Part shown: positions 19,682 to 29,542 of the stretch, piece after piece
How the letters are laid out: each line of letters begins with the position of its first letter
Numbering within the stretch: the stretch's first letter is position 1
Virus record (IMG/VR): IMGVR_UViG_3300035501_000471
Reading direction: 5' to 3' (one strand)
DNA: 64,000 nucleotides
DNA from: a virus
Taxonomy: Duplodnaviria; Caudoviricetes
Program-made: the position numbers and the translations under genes
The notes under the pieces: model-generated
Told to the model about the DNA's origin: nothing
Database searches by the model: none
What the model saw: the letters and a program-made list of their open reading frames with translations, nothing else

Positions 19682-21172
19682 ATGTCACATAACATATTAA
19701 ATCGAGATAGTTTTATTAGTGAGGTATATACTCATAAAACTGATAATGAAATGAATGAAGGTCTTTTAGATTTTTTCAGAGCTATCACCAAAAATGAGTG
19801 GAGTAAAATTAAATCTAAGAACACCAGTCTGAGAGATAGTCTTAAATCTATAGATGATGGTCTAAAAGGATTCTCATTAATGAAAATCAAAAATGCTTCT
19901 CAATGTGCCGAAGTTAGACAAGCGATTACAGACTTCGCGAACACTTTATTAGATTCCAAAATTAAGGAAATGGAAGAAGGTGCAAAACTTCAAAAATTGG
20001 TGATGGGATTAAAGGATAAAGATAAGGTGTCAGATGAAGATAAGAAGGCTATCAAAAATGCGGGAGAGGTATCAAGTTATATGAAACAATATGACCTTAA
20101 AGATAAAGCTCTTGTTGATAAGTTAAAGACATATGAAAAACGTATTAATGAACTGAGTAGAGAAAATCCTAACCTATTAAAGTGGGCTAACATTATGAAA
20201 GATGAAGTTCGTAATCTTATCAATGACTTTATTATATCTGAGTATGAAAAAAATGCTAAGGATAATGAGAAGGAAAAGAAAAGAATAGAAAGATTAAAGA
20301 AAGCGAACGACGAACAAAAGAAACAAGAAGAAAAGGAAGCTCAGGAAAAGAATAAAAAAGAACAAGAAGACCAAAAGAAAAAAATTAAACAAATTGAACA
20401 AGAACGAAGTAATTTATTAAAATCTGTTGGTGTAAGACCTCTAACAAATCAAACTGGAGATAAAGCCATAACAACATTAAAGACATCATTTGATAATTTA
20501 ATTAAAGAATCATTATTGTTAGAGAGAAAAAAACCACATAAGTCTAAAAGTAAATCAACAACACCTGATAAAACTGAAAATGAAGCAGTAATAAAACTTA
20601 CAGATACAATAAAAAAGAATTTGGAAGGTGATGTATATTTTGGATTTAAAAATATGTTGAAATCAATAGATACTAATGAAATCACAAAAGAACAAGTTCA
20701 ATATATTTTATCTGAATTAAATGTTGTATTTGATGTTGTAAAAGAATATGCATCTAAATTTGAAGATACACCTTGTGAAAGTGTTCATGCAATGTTTGTA
20801 GGTCTAACAAAGGCTATCCAATATGGTATTTGTGGAGATAAGTATAAATTAGATAAAAATGATATAAGTCTTTTAGCTAAGTGTGCTATTGATTCAGATA
20901 AGACAATAGGTTATGGTATCCCTTTACTGGATGATAAGAAGCCCGATGGTGGAAATATCTTTACAGTTATAATGCAATCCTTAAAAGATTCACAAGATAA
21001 AAAGGGAGTATTCAAAAATAATAAGGACTTAAAAAATCAGTTTACAGATAATATGAGTAATTTATTTGACCAGATATCTACAACTGCAAAGAAGTTAAAA
21101 GAACAACAAAAGAAACAAGATGAGGCCGACTCAAAGAAAGAGACGGATGAAGAAAATAAAAAGAATAAATAA
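19682..21172 (+). CDS. Coiled-coil late protein, candidate internal head protein
   Basis: CATAAATA at 19651-19658; N-terminal SFISE...MNEG motif. Confidence 0.6.
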   Translation: MSHNILNRDSFISEVYTHKTDNEMNEGLLDFFRAITKNEWSKIKSKNTSLRDSLKSIDDGLKGFSLMKIKNASQCAEVRQAITDFANTLLDSKIKEMEEGAKLQKLVMGLKDKDKVSDEDKKAIKNAGEVSSYMKQYDLKDKALVDKLKTYEKRINELSRENPNLLKWANIMKDEVRNLINDFIISEYEKNAKDNEKEKKRIERLKKANDEQKKQEEKEAQEKNKKEQEDQKKKIKQIEQERSNLLKSVGVRPLTNQTGDKAITTLKTSFDNLIKESLLLERKKPHKSKSKSTTPDKTENEAVIKLTDTIKKNLEGDVYFGFKNMLKSIDTNEITKEQVQYILSELNVVFDVVKEYASKFEDTPCESVHAMFVGLTKAIQYGICGDKYKLDKNDISLLAKCAIDSDKTIGYGIPLLDDKKPDGGNIFTVIMQSLKDSQDKKGVFKNNKDLKNQFTDNMSNLFDQISTTAKKLKEQQKKQDEADSKKETDEENKKNK

Positions 21173-21203
21173 AAAAAAGGTTGGATTAAATGTCCAACCT
21201 TTT
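21171..21203. terminator. Bidirectional terminator
   Basis: aaaaggttgga-ttaaatg-tccaaccttt. Confidence 0.7.
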
Positions 21204-21222
21204 AATTTTTCATGGAATTGTT

Positions 21223-21555
21223 TTATTGTGCAGGAGTCTCTTTAACTTCTTCTGTGGGTGTTTCATTTTCATCCTCAGTGAGTTTGTCAATCATCTTACT
21301 TGCTTTGATTGTTTCAGGAAGGTCATCAATCGCCGCGAAGATGAGATAAGCATCCTTCAAGGTATATGCACCAGCTTTTTGTCCCATTTCAGCGACCTTA
21401 ATCAAAACATCAGCAGATGCTTCAATGTTAACATTTGAGTTAATATTGTCGATAGCGGTTTTTACAACAACAGCATCATCGAGTGAAAGTGCTCCTGCTT
21501 TTTGTGCAATTTGAGCACCTTGGGTAAGAATTTCAAATCTTTGTTTGAGTTCCAT
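21223..21555 (-). CDS. Hypothetical protein with internal two-fold repeat
   Basis: AQKAGALSLDDA / GQKAGAYTLKDA. Confidence 0.7.
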   Translation of the reverse strand: MELKQRFEILTQGAQIAQKAGALSLDDAVVVKTAIDNINSNVNIEASADVLIKVAEMGQKAGAYTLKDAYLIFAAIDDLPETIKASKMIDKLTEDENETPTEEVKETPAQ

Positions 21556-21634
21556 TTATCTAAAAAATTAATTTATTAGTATGCATTAAATATAACAAAA
21601 AATTCCATTCCCCCATAAATAATGTAAAGTATTT

Positions 21635-24199
21635 TTGAAAACAATGGACAGTGAACAAATAGAAAAAAATATTATAAGACTAAAGAATGAGATATTAGAG
21701 TTAAAGGAAACTCTTGCTGATTCTTATATCCTGTCATCCATTGTTGAGGAACAGTATCTAAAAAAAGACGCGATTTTAGACTATTTCACAAAGGTTGAAG
21801 GTGAAACAATAAAATCTTCAATTCAAGACATAAACACCAAATATGACAATCTAAATAGTGTCTTAACCACAAAAATGGATGACCAAGACCTCTCCATTTA
21901 TGTCAAGAAAGATGATTATACAGTATCAAATAACACTATCAATAATGAGATAACTTCATTACAAGAAGAATTGTCACAGATAAAAAACACTTATCTAAAC
22001 AATGACTATTATACGAAGAATGAAGTTAATGATATTGTAAATCAGTATAAAGTTAGTGTCGATAATAAAGGATACTTAACTACAGATGACATAACTAATC
22101 TTCCAACTAAGGAATGGATAGAAAGTCAAGGATATTTAACTGAACAACCCGACTTAACTGATTATGTAAAGACTGATGATGTATATACTCAATCAGAAAT
22201 AGATAAAAAAGGGTTCATTACTTCACATCAAGATTTATCCGGTTATGTAAAACAATCTGACTTATCCGGTTATGTAAAACAATCTGACATTACTGATTAC
22301 ATAACAAAGAAAAATGTTAACACTCTATTATCATCATATGTAAGAATATCAGATCTAGATTTATCAGAATATGTGAAACACAGTGATATTTCAGACCTGT
22401 TATCTATAAACATAAATGAATATACGACTAAGGAAGCTTTTGAAAAATATAAACTTCAAATATCTTCTAAAAATTATGTAACCAGAGAATATATAAATAC
22501 TTATCTATTCCCTTATGTTAAAAAAGTGGATTTGGATAAGATGGAATATGTTGATGAGGATACGGTAAATAGTCTTATCGCTAAAAGTATTTCCAAAATC
22601 AATATACCCACAAAATTATCTGAACTTACTAATGATAAAGGATATTTAACAGAACACCAAAGTCTTAAAGGATATGTAAAGAAAACAGACTTAGCAAATT
22701 TCATAACATTAGATGATACTGATGAAAGATATTTGAAGATAACTGATTTTGTACTTCCTGAAGGTATTGTTTACCATGATGACATTCAAGATTTAGTGTC
22801 AGTTTCAATGTTAAATAATTATATGACAACTGGGAAGATGTATTCTCTATTGTCAAATTATGTTACATCATCTCAATTAAAAGGGTATGTGACAAAAACA
22901 AGTCTATTAAATGAACTTGATAATTATGTAACATCTTCAGAATTAGAGAAATATGTATCAAAAAGTGATAATACTCTATCTTCTGATGTCGTTTTGAAGT
23001 CTGACCTTAGTAATTATGTAACATCATCTCAGCTTGGTTCTTATGTCCAACAAGCCGACTTAAAAACAACATTAAAAAACTATGTATTAAGTTCATCTCT
23101 TAAATCATATGTAACAAAAAATGATTTAAGTCTTGTGAAGGATTCTCTTGATGACTATGCTAAGTTAAGTGACCTCTCTAATTTATTAACACTTGAAAAT
23201 GAAAACAAATATGTAAAATATAGTGACTTAAACCTCACAAATGGTACTGAATTTGTTGATTATCTAAGTAAATTCATCACACAAGCAGATGTCAAAAATA
23301 CATTAGATACTCAACTTAGTAATTACACATTAAAGACTGACCTTAAATCATATGTAACAAAAAATGATTTAAGTCTTGTGAAGGATTCTCTTGATGACTA
23401 TGCTAAGTTAAGTGACCTATCTAATTTATTAACTGAATCTGAGTTTACAAAGAAATATTCAAAGTATTTAACTAATGATACTGATTTCATTACTAAACTT
23501 AATAATTTCTTAACAAAAGATGATGTTTCTACATTAGTATCATCTCAACTTAGTAAATACACATTAAAGACAGACCTTAAATCATATGTAACAAAAAATG
23601 ATTTAAGTCTTGTGAAGGATTCTCTTGATGACTATGCTAAGTTAAGTGACCTATCTAATTTATTAACTCGTGATGAAATAACAGATAATTTCGTAAGATA
23701 TACAGATATAAACCTATCTAATGGAACTGAATTTATAAGTTATCTAAGTAAATTCTTAACAAAAGATGACATATCAAATTTAGTTACATCTGATGACCTT
23801 AATGAATATACAACAAAGAAAGAATTAAAAAAGTATGCTAAGTTAAGTGATTTAGAAGATTATGTGACCAATTCAACACTTTCAGATTATGTGACAAAAA
23901 AATCATATAATAAGAAGATAACTGAAATTGAGAACAAATATCTAACCAAAGATGATGCAATACTTAACTACCTTTCAAAAGATGATTATAGAGGTATAAA
24001 AGGTGCCGCGACACTTAATTATAGTTTCAATGAGGATCCAGATACATTTTGGAATTTTGTAGTTAATAAAGATGGGTATGAATTGAATGATGGTTTTTAT
24101 GTTGTCGAAAATAAGGTATATGTGATTAAGAGTAATAAGGTCATTAGTTTCGCTGACCAAACAACATCAGGTTTATACTGGGAAATTGAAACAGATTAA
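21635..24199 (+). CDS. Fibre-like protein with DLSxYVxK repeats
   Basis: Many (D/N)L(S/T)xY(V/A)(T/K)K repeats; CATAAATA at 21614-21621; the true start may be ATG 21644. Confidence 0.7.
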   Translation: MKTMDSEQIEKNIIRLKNEILELKETLADSYILSSIVEEQYLKKDAILDYFTKVEGETIKSSIQDINTKYDNLNSVLTTKMDDQDLSIYVKKDDYTVSNNTINNEITSLQEELSQIKNTYLNNDYYTKNEVNDIVNQYKVSVDNKGYLTTDDITNLPTKEWIESQGYLTEQPDLTDYVKTDDVYTQSEIDKKGFITSHQDLSGYVKQSDLSGYVKQSDITDYITKKNVNTLLSSYVRISDLDLSEYVKHSDISDLLSININEYTTKEAFEKYKLQISSKNYVTREYINTYLFPYVKKVDLDKMEYVDEDTVNSLIAKSISKINIPTKLSELTNDKGYLTEHQSLKGYVKKTDLANFITLDDTDERYLKITDFVLPEGIVYHDDIQDLVSVSMLNNYMTTGKMYSLLSNYVTSSQLKGYVTKTSLLNELDNYVTSSELEKYVSKSDNTLSSDVVLKSDLSNYVTSSQLGSYVQQADLKTTLKNYVLSSSLKSYVTKNDLSLVKDSLDDYAKLSDLSNLLTLENENKYVKYSDLNLTNGTEFVDYLSKFITQADVKNTLDTQLSNYTLKTDLKSYVTKNDLSLVKDSLDDYAKLSDLSNLLTESEFTKKYSKYLTNDTDFITKLNNFLTKDDVSTLVSSQLSKYTLKTDLKSYVTKNDLSLVKDSLDDYAKLSDLSNLLTRDEITDNFVRYTDINLSNGTEFISYLSKFLTKDDISNLVTSDDLNEYTTKKELKKYAKLSDLEDYVTNSTLSDYVTKKSYNKKITEIENKYLTKDDAILNYLSKDDYRGIKGAATLNYSFNEDPDTFWNFVVNKDGYELNDGFYVVENKVYVIKSNKVISFADQTTSGLYWEIETD
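23099..23667 (+). repeat. Three near-identical 92-bp intragenic repeats
   Basis: cttaaatcatatgtaac...tctaatttattaac at 23099-23190, 23342-23433 and 23576-23667. Confidence 0.9.
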
Positions 24200-24214
24200 A
24201 AATAAGATATAAAT

Positions 24215-25840
24215 ATGGCAGATATAAATGAATTACAAGATACCACCATCAAATTAAAAAAGGAGGTTCTTGATATAAAAGAATATATTTATGATGAAGG
24301 TGTAAATAAATCAGAATTGTCATCAAGTATCAGTCAAATAACAGATACAATTACTGATATAAAGAATGACCTTTCTAATTATGTTACACAGGATAGTTTA
24401 GAGAATAGTCTTAATTCACTAAACATCATTGACACATATGACAAAAAAGAAATAGACACTCGAATAAGTAACCTTAATTTTGTTACACCTGAGTATCTAC
24501 ATAGTCTTAGTTACCTGACCAAATCATCATTGACCGGGTATTTAACAAGTGCTATGGCTGAGTCACTATATGTTAAAAAGGATGACAACAATTATGTAAA
24601 AGACTATGAATTAACATCAACACTTCAAGACTATGCTAAGTTAAGTGATGTTCCCGATGTTACAAATTTACTGTCTAATATTGAACTTAAAAACTATTAC
24701 ACTAAGACTGAAGTTGATAAGTTAATTCCATCATTAAAGGGATATGTGAAAAAATATGAAATGTATGCCTATGGTGAGAATGACATAATGGACATGGTGG
24801 ATGAAAAAATAGCACAGATAGAAATACCAGAAGTAAATCTTGAAGGATATGCCACTATTGCTGATGTTAATATTAGTCTTAAAAATTATGTAAAGAAAAC
24901 TGATATACCTACTGATTTTAGTGTATATGCAACAATTAGTCAAGTTAAAGAAATCAAGGATAGACTTCAAAACTTAGCTACCACTGAAGATGTATTGGGT
25001 GTGTATGAAAACCTAAATCGTTATTACACCTCTAATGATGTTGACAATAACTTCATAAAGAAATCTGATATAAGTGATTATCTTCCTGATTTGTCACCAT
25101 ATCTAAAAGTATCAACATTAAATTCATTATATAGTAAAACAGAAATAGATACTTTACTGAAATCATATCTGACAATTTCTGCTGGTGATAAACGATATCT
25201 TCTAAAAACAGATTATAATGACATAGATACATCAAATTTCTTAACCCAAAGTGATTTAAGTAAATATGTCACAGTTGATACACTTAATACTAAATTGTCA
25301 AGTTTTACACCTTCAAATAGTGTAACTCAAAAAGACTTAGATGTCCTGTCTAATAATTTTACTAATACACTCTCTAAATATGCTAAATTATCTAATGTAT
25401 ATACAAGAGATTATATTCTCAAAAATTATTACAACATTGAACAATTAGAAGATAATGTCTATACTAAAAAGGAAGCAGACAACACCTTCTTAAAACAAAC
25501 AGATGCTTCTAAAACCTATTTAACTAAGGTTGATGCGATTGCGAATTATCTAACAAAGGATGATTATAGAGGTATTAAGTCTGCAATGTTGTTGACTGAC
25601 ACTTATAGAGATGACCCTGAAACTTTCTATGCAGTCTTAGAAAAAGGTGGTCTAAATGATGGTTTCTACATTGTCAACAACAGTACATTCGTAGTAAAGA
25701 ATAATGAGGTGTTCAGTATCAATCAATCCGGTTCTTATTCTATTGAGGATATTGATAGCATGAACTTAGCTTCTAAAGATTGGGTAGATGAAAATTATAA
25801 ACCCCTGAATTGGATAATGGATACAGGTGGTAATTATTAA
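24215..25840 (+). CDS. Fibre-like protein, paralog of the upstream gene
   Basis: Same repeats and shared C-terminal block NYLxKDDYRGIK...DPxTF...LNDGFY. Confidence 0.7.
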   Translation: MADINELQDTTIKLKKEVLDIKEYIYDEGVNKSELSSSISQITDTITDIKNDLSNYVTQDSLENSLNSLNIIDTYDKKEIDTRISNLNFVTPEYLHSLSYLTKSSLTGYLTSAMAESLYVKKDDNNYVKDYELTSTLQDYAKLSDVPDVTNLLSNIELKNYYTKTEVDKLIPSLKGYVKKYEMYAYGENDIMDMVDEKIAQIEIPEVNLEGYATIADVNISLKNYVKKTDIPTDFSVYATISQVKEIKDRLQNLATTEDVLGVYENLNRYYTSNDVDNNFIKKSDISDYLPDLSPYLKVSTLNSLYSKTEIDTLLKSYLTISAGDKRYLLKTDYNDIDTSNFLTQSDLSKYVTVDTLNTKLSSFTPSNSVTQKDLDVLSNNFTNTLSKYAKLSNVYTRDYILKNYYNIEQLEDNVYTKKEADNTFLKQTDASKTYLTKVDAIANYLTKDDYRGIKSAMLLTDTYRDDPETFYAVLEKGGLNDGFYIVNNSTFVVKNNEVFSINQSGSYSIEDIDSMNLASKDWVDENYKPLNWIMDTGGNY

Positions 25841-25845
25841 AATAA

Positions 25846-25875
25846 AAAAGGAGAGGATTTAATTTTCCTCTCCTT
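25846..25875. terminator. Bidirectional terminator (same family at ~45095 and ~62650)
   Basis: aaaggagagga...tcctctccttt. Confidence 0.75.
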
Positions 25876-25881
25876 TCCTTT

Positions 25882-26649
25882 CTATTTCCCTTTTAGTTGT
25901 TCTACGATTTTTCTCGCGTAGTGTCGAGTGTCAAGTGGAAACCCATCCGAATTGTTTGAAATCCACTCTAAATAACTAATATCTACCTTATCTACACTTA
26001 CTCCCTTGTGTTTTCCAAAATTGAGGTAGATTTCTTTTCCTCCATTTTCTTTTTCCCTAATCTTGAAATTACCTGCAATATCAAGGGTGTCTTTGTAGGC
26101 GTATAGTTCATCTTCTTCAAATTCTTCACCCATCTTTCTCTGGGCTCGATATACCGCCAATGTAGCCAAAATGTCTGCTTCCGCTTCATGGGCATGTTCC
26201 AAATCACCACCTGTATATCTCTTATAAACGTCACCTAAACGACCACTATTATATTTCTTATATAGTGTGTAAATGTCATATACTTTTAGATGTCTATAAT
26301 CCCAGATAATTTTATTTCTAAGGAAACTCATGTATAAGATGGCATTGTCATAGAATGTACAATAATATCCACCTAAATCACAACCTTCAAAGAATTTATA
26401 CACTTCATCGGCAACCTCTCTAAATGTGGGATAACCAACCAAGTCTTTCTCATATATACCATGTCGTTCAGACGCATCAGGAGCAATGGGAACATCATCA
26501 TTATTACAACGGTAGTAAAGTCTATCTACCTCTTCCAAAGTGTCTATATCGACCTTAATTGCAGAGATTTCAATAATTCTGATTTTGTTTACATCTTTGT
26601 CAGCTCCCGTACATTCCAAATCATAAAATATAACAGGTCTTTTTTCCAT
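25882..26649 (-). CDS. DEDDh 3'-5' exonuclease (Pol III epsilon/ExoX-like)
   Basis: YDLECTG, YD, HAHEAEADI; C-terminal FGKHKG...YLEWI module. Confidence 0.88.
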   Translation of the reverse strand: MEKRPVIFYDLECTGADKDVNKIRIIEISAIKVDIDTLEEVDRLYYRCNNDDVPIAPDASERHGIYEKDLVGYPTFREVADEVYKFFEGCDLGGYYCTFYDNAILYMSFLRNKIIWDYRHLKVYDIYTLYKKYNSGRLGDVYKRYTGGDLEHAHEAEADILATLAVYRAQRKMGEEFEEDELYAYKDTLDIAGNFKIREKENGGKEIYLNFGKHKGVSVDKVDISYLEWISNNSDGFPLDTRHYARKIVEQLKGK

Positions 26650-26717
26650 CTTGAAATTGTATTAAAAAATCTATTATAAAAATAACAAGAGTCACCAAAA
26701 ATAGTGACTCTTTAATG

Positions 26718-26870
26718 TTAATTTTCTTTAATAACTGATTTTACCAGATTTCCAAAAACTTTATTGATAAAATCATGAGCTTGTTTTTTGTTTTGTTGGT
26801 CAGAACTTTCAATGACAAATTTACCATCAACAATTTTTAATTTATTGATCAAAATCTCCTTTTCAGACAT
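26718..26870 (-). CDS. Small hypothetical protein (50 aa), not in the ORF track
   Basis: MSEKEILINKLKIVDGKFVIESSDQQNKKQAHDFINKVFGNLVKSVIKEN*, filling the gap between the 26875 gene and the terminator at ~26688-26712. Confidence 0.5.
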   Translation of the reverse strand: MSEKEILINKLKIVDGKFVIESSDQQNKKQAHDFINKVFGNLVKSVIKEN

Positions 26871-26874
26871 ATAT

Positions 26875-28518
26875 TTATTTTTTAATCATATCGTCTGTCC
26901 ATCTCATTACTCCACTGGTCTTAGCAAATAACCCTTGACGTTTATTACCACTACCATCTAAACCTTTATTACTACCTGTTCCTGTCTTATCAATTTCAGG
27001 GCCAATTATAATGTATTCAGGAGCTTCCACATATTCTTGAATGAGTTTATACCATTCTTCAAATGTCGTGTCACTCATGGTCTTTGGAGTTCCTTTCCAG
27101 TGTTCATATGTCTTACCAAAAGGAGGACAACATATCACCACCTTATCTGTTTTGACGTGCTCTGACAACATATCTTTTTGTTTCCATCCATACCACTCAC
27201 ATAGTCTTGGATTAATGTCATAACACTCTATATCAACTTCTGTGTACTGTTCTTTTGCCCATTGACGACAACCTTCAATAATACCTCCAAATCCTGACAT
27301 TGGAACATATACACCTCTTGAAATGTCTATACCTGAATCATACACAATTTGTTTTACTGTGTTGGCTGAGATTGCAGTTACTTTTGGAGCCAACTTTGAA
27401 ATTGTAAATCGGTTCTGAATCAGGATGAGTAACTTATGTGTTCCATCCACTATTTCATTATCTACCATTTGACATTTCAGTAACTCTGTCATATGTTTTG
27501 TTCGGAAGTCATCACAATCATTCTTATGTATCATGTAGAACATATTATCAAGAGCTTTCCTTAGATATTCAGGGTTTTTCCAAGCTTCATTAGGTGTTGG
27601 TCTATCTCCTACAAAACAGTCCCAAATAGGATGCTTAGAACACCATTTAGTATTACCCGGTAGTTCATTTCTAAGACACCAACGAACTAACATATCCTTT
27701 AAGTAATCTTCAAACATCTCAATACATTTATCCAAGTCATCTGAATTTAGTTCAACATAATTGAGATGATTTTCATGAGCGACATTTCGTTTCGTTTCAT
27801 CACCATTCATTTCAACATACATATCCCAATAAGTCAAATAAAAACTACAATCGAAAGGATACATATTTGATTTATATTGACGTTTGAAATGAATACCCAA
27901 TACAGTCAAATATACTTCAAACTTGTCTTTAATGTCAGCTAATTCAAAAAAGGTGTCATGTGTCTCATTGTATTTTTTTTGTAACAGTACATCAAAATCA
28001 ATTAACTGAGACGCTGGTATTCTATTCTTTTTAGTAGGTTCTTTCTTTACTTTTTCAACAATAACTTTTTCAGGTTTAACTTTTACCACTTTCTCCTTAA
28101 CTGGTTTTTCTTTTACCACTTTAGGTTTTTGTTCCAGTGTTTTCTTTCGTTTCTCCGGATTGTTATATGTTGAACTACCATGATTTCTGAGTTTTGATTC
28201 ACACATTTTCTTCTTGATTTCTTCATCTTGCATAGCACACGAACCTGAACAAAATGTGTTATATCCCCACTGTAATCTTCTTGTGAGGAAACTAACGGGT
28301 TTTCCACACACAACACAAACAGGGATAGTATAATCATCTACTAAAAAATGATACAGTTTCTGTCTAAATGGTAGGTCTTTTATCTCATCGGGAAATTCAG
28401 TTTCACAATATTCCTCATAAAAGTCAGGATAATGGTTCTTAAACACATTCTCCTTCTTCAAACTACCAGACTTATCTATAACTGTATTCAGGTAATTATA
28501 TAACTCTAATTTAGTCAT
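26875..28518 (-). CDS. Zn-ribbon / degenerate endonuclease fused to an amino-methyltransferase-like domain
   Basis: N-terminus shared with neighbouring endonucleases; YPFDCSFY...VEMNG; C-terminal VPMSGFGG...YDIN...CCPPF. Confidence 0.6.
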   Translation of the reverse strand: MTKLELYNYLNTVIDKSGSLKKENVFKNHYPDFYEEYCETEFPDEIKDLPFRQKLYHFLVDDYTIPVCVVCGKPVSFLTRRLQWGYNTFCSGSCAMQDEEIKKKMCESKLRNHGSSTYNNPEKRKKTLEQKPKVVKEKPVKEKVVKVKPEKVIVEKVKKEPTKKNRIPASQLIDFDVLLQKKYNETHDTFFELADIKDKFEVYLTVLGIHFKRQYKSNMYPFDCSFYLTYWDMYVEMNGDETKRNVAHENHLNYVELNSDDLDKCIEMFEDYLKDMLVRWCLRNELPGNTKWCSKHPIWDCFVGDRPTPNEAWKNPEYLRKALDNMFYMIHKNDCDDFRTKHMTELLKCQMVDNEIVDGTHKLLILIQNRFTISKLAPKVTAISANTVKQIVYDSGIDISRGVYVPMSGFGGIIEGCRQWAKEQYTEVDIECYDINPRLCEWYGWKQKDMLSEHVKTDKVVICCPPFGKTYEHWKGTPKTMSDTTFEEWYKLIQEYVEAPEYIIIGPEIDKTGTGSNKGLDGSGNKRQGLFAKTSGVMRWTDDMIKK

Positions 28519-29464
28519 TTAACTTTATAAAATCTTCAAATTTTGTTATACATTCATCTAAATGATGTGAAAATATCTCTAAGTAATTTAGATTGTTTTT
28601 CTGAGCTATCTTTCTCTTTCTAACATCTAAATCTGTCCAAGTATATATCGCATTGTTATAATATCTGTTATTTTTACTTTTCCAATAACTTAGTTTATTT
28701 ACATCATCAGAATTATTTTCATTATAAGGGTGTCCTCCATGTGTCCAATGTCCCTGAATTTCAATATATAAATCATAATCAGGTAAATAGAAATCACATG
28801 AAAACGGATAAATGTCTTTGTTATAATATTGTGGTTCAACCTTGTCAAAACCCAATAAATCTATCAAATATTCATAAAACTGTATTTCAACTGTCGATAC
28901 ACAACCTTTAACTGTTTTGTGACTTAACTCATTGAATTGTCTTATGTTTTCCTTTATCTTCTCTTTTAATCTTTTGTTTCGTTCTTCTTGATATGACTTA
29001 ATCCAATTCCTCATTTTTTCACAGATATATTCTCGATTTTGATTATATCTGTCTTTCAGTTTTTGGATATTCTCATCAGACCAAAATTTTCCACCATTCT
29101 TATCTAAAATGGTTTGAACAGCTTTCTTTCTCGATTTCTCATTTCTGGAAACTAACTGAGCCATAGGTAATGTTGTTTTATTATACTCAATTACATATGG
29201 ACAATCTCTTGAACAATAAGTCCTGTATCCTTTTTTGAAATCAATAAAGTGTAGTTCATTTCCACATTTACATTTGTGTATCTCATAATCATCTTGTAAA
29301 AAATGCCAGAGTTTTTGAACAAAGGTAAAATGTGTTGGAAAGTCTATTTTCTTCAATTCTTCATACAACTCTGGATATTTCTTTTTGATGGTTTCTTCTT
29401 TCTTTAACCATCCTGATTTGTCTGGTGTTGTGAGAATATAATTGAATATTTCTAACTTTTCCAT
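28511..29464 (-). CDS. Free-standing putative homing endonuclease (Zn ribbon plus PD-(D/E)xK/Vsr-like)
   Basis: QKLWHFLQDD..CKCG..GYRTYCSRDC; YPFSCDFYLPDYDLYIEIQGHWTHG. Confidence 0.75.
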   Translation of the reverse strand: MEKLEIFNYILTTPDKSGWLKKEETIKKKYPELYEELKKIDFPTHFTFVQKLWHFLQDDYEIHKCKCGNELHFIDFKKGYRTYCSRDCPYVIEYNKTTLPMAQLVSRNEKSRKKAVQTILDKNGGKFWSDENIQKLKDRYNQNREYICEKMRNWIKSYQEERNKRLKEKIKENIRQFNELSHKTVKGCVSTVEIQFYEYLIDLLGFDKVEPQYYNKDIYPFSCDFYLPDYDLYIEIQGHWTHGGHPYNENNSDDVNKLSYWKSKNNRYYNNAIYTWTDLDVRKRKIAQKNNLNYLEIFSHHLDECITKFEDFIKLND

Positions 29465-29542
29465 AATCTAAAAATAACAAAAAAGAGAACCGAAATTAAT
29501 CAGTTCTCTTTCAATTATATATTAATCTATGTTAATTTTCGA

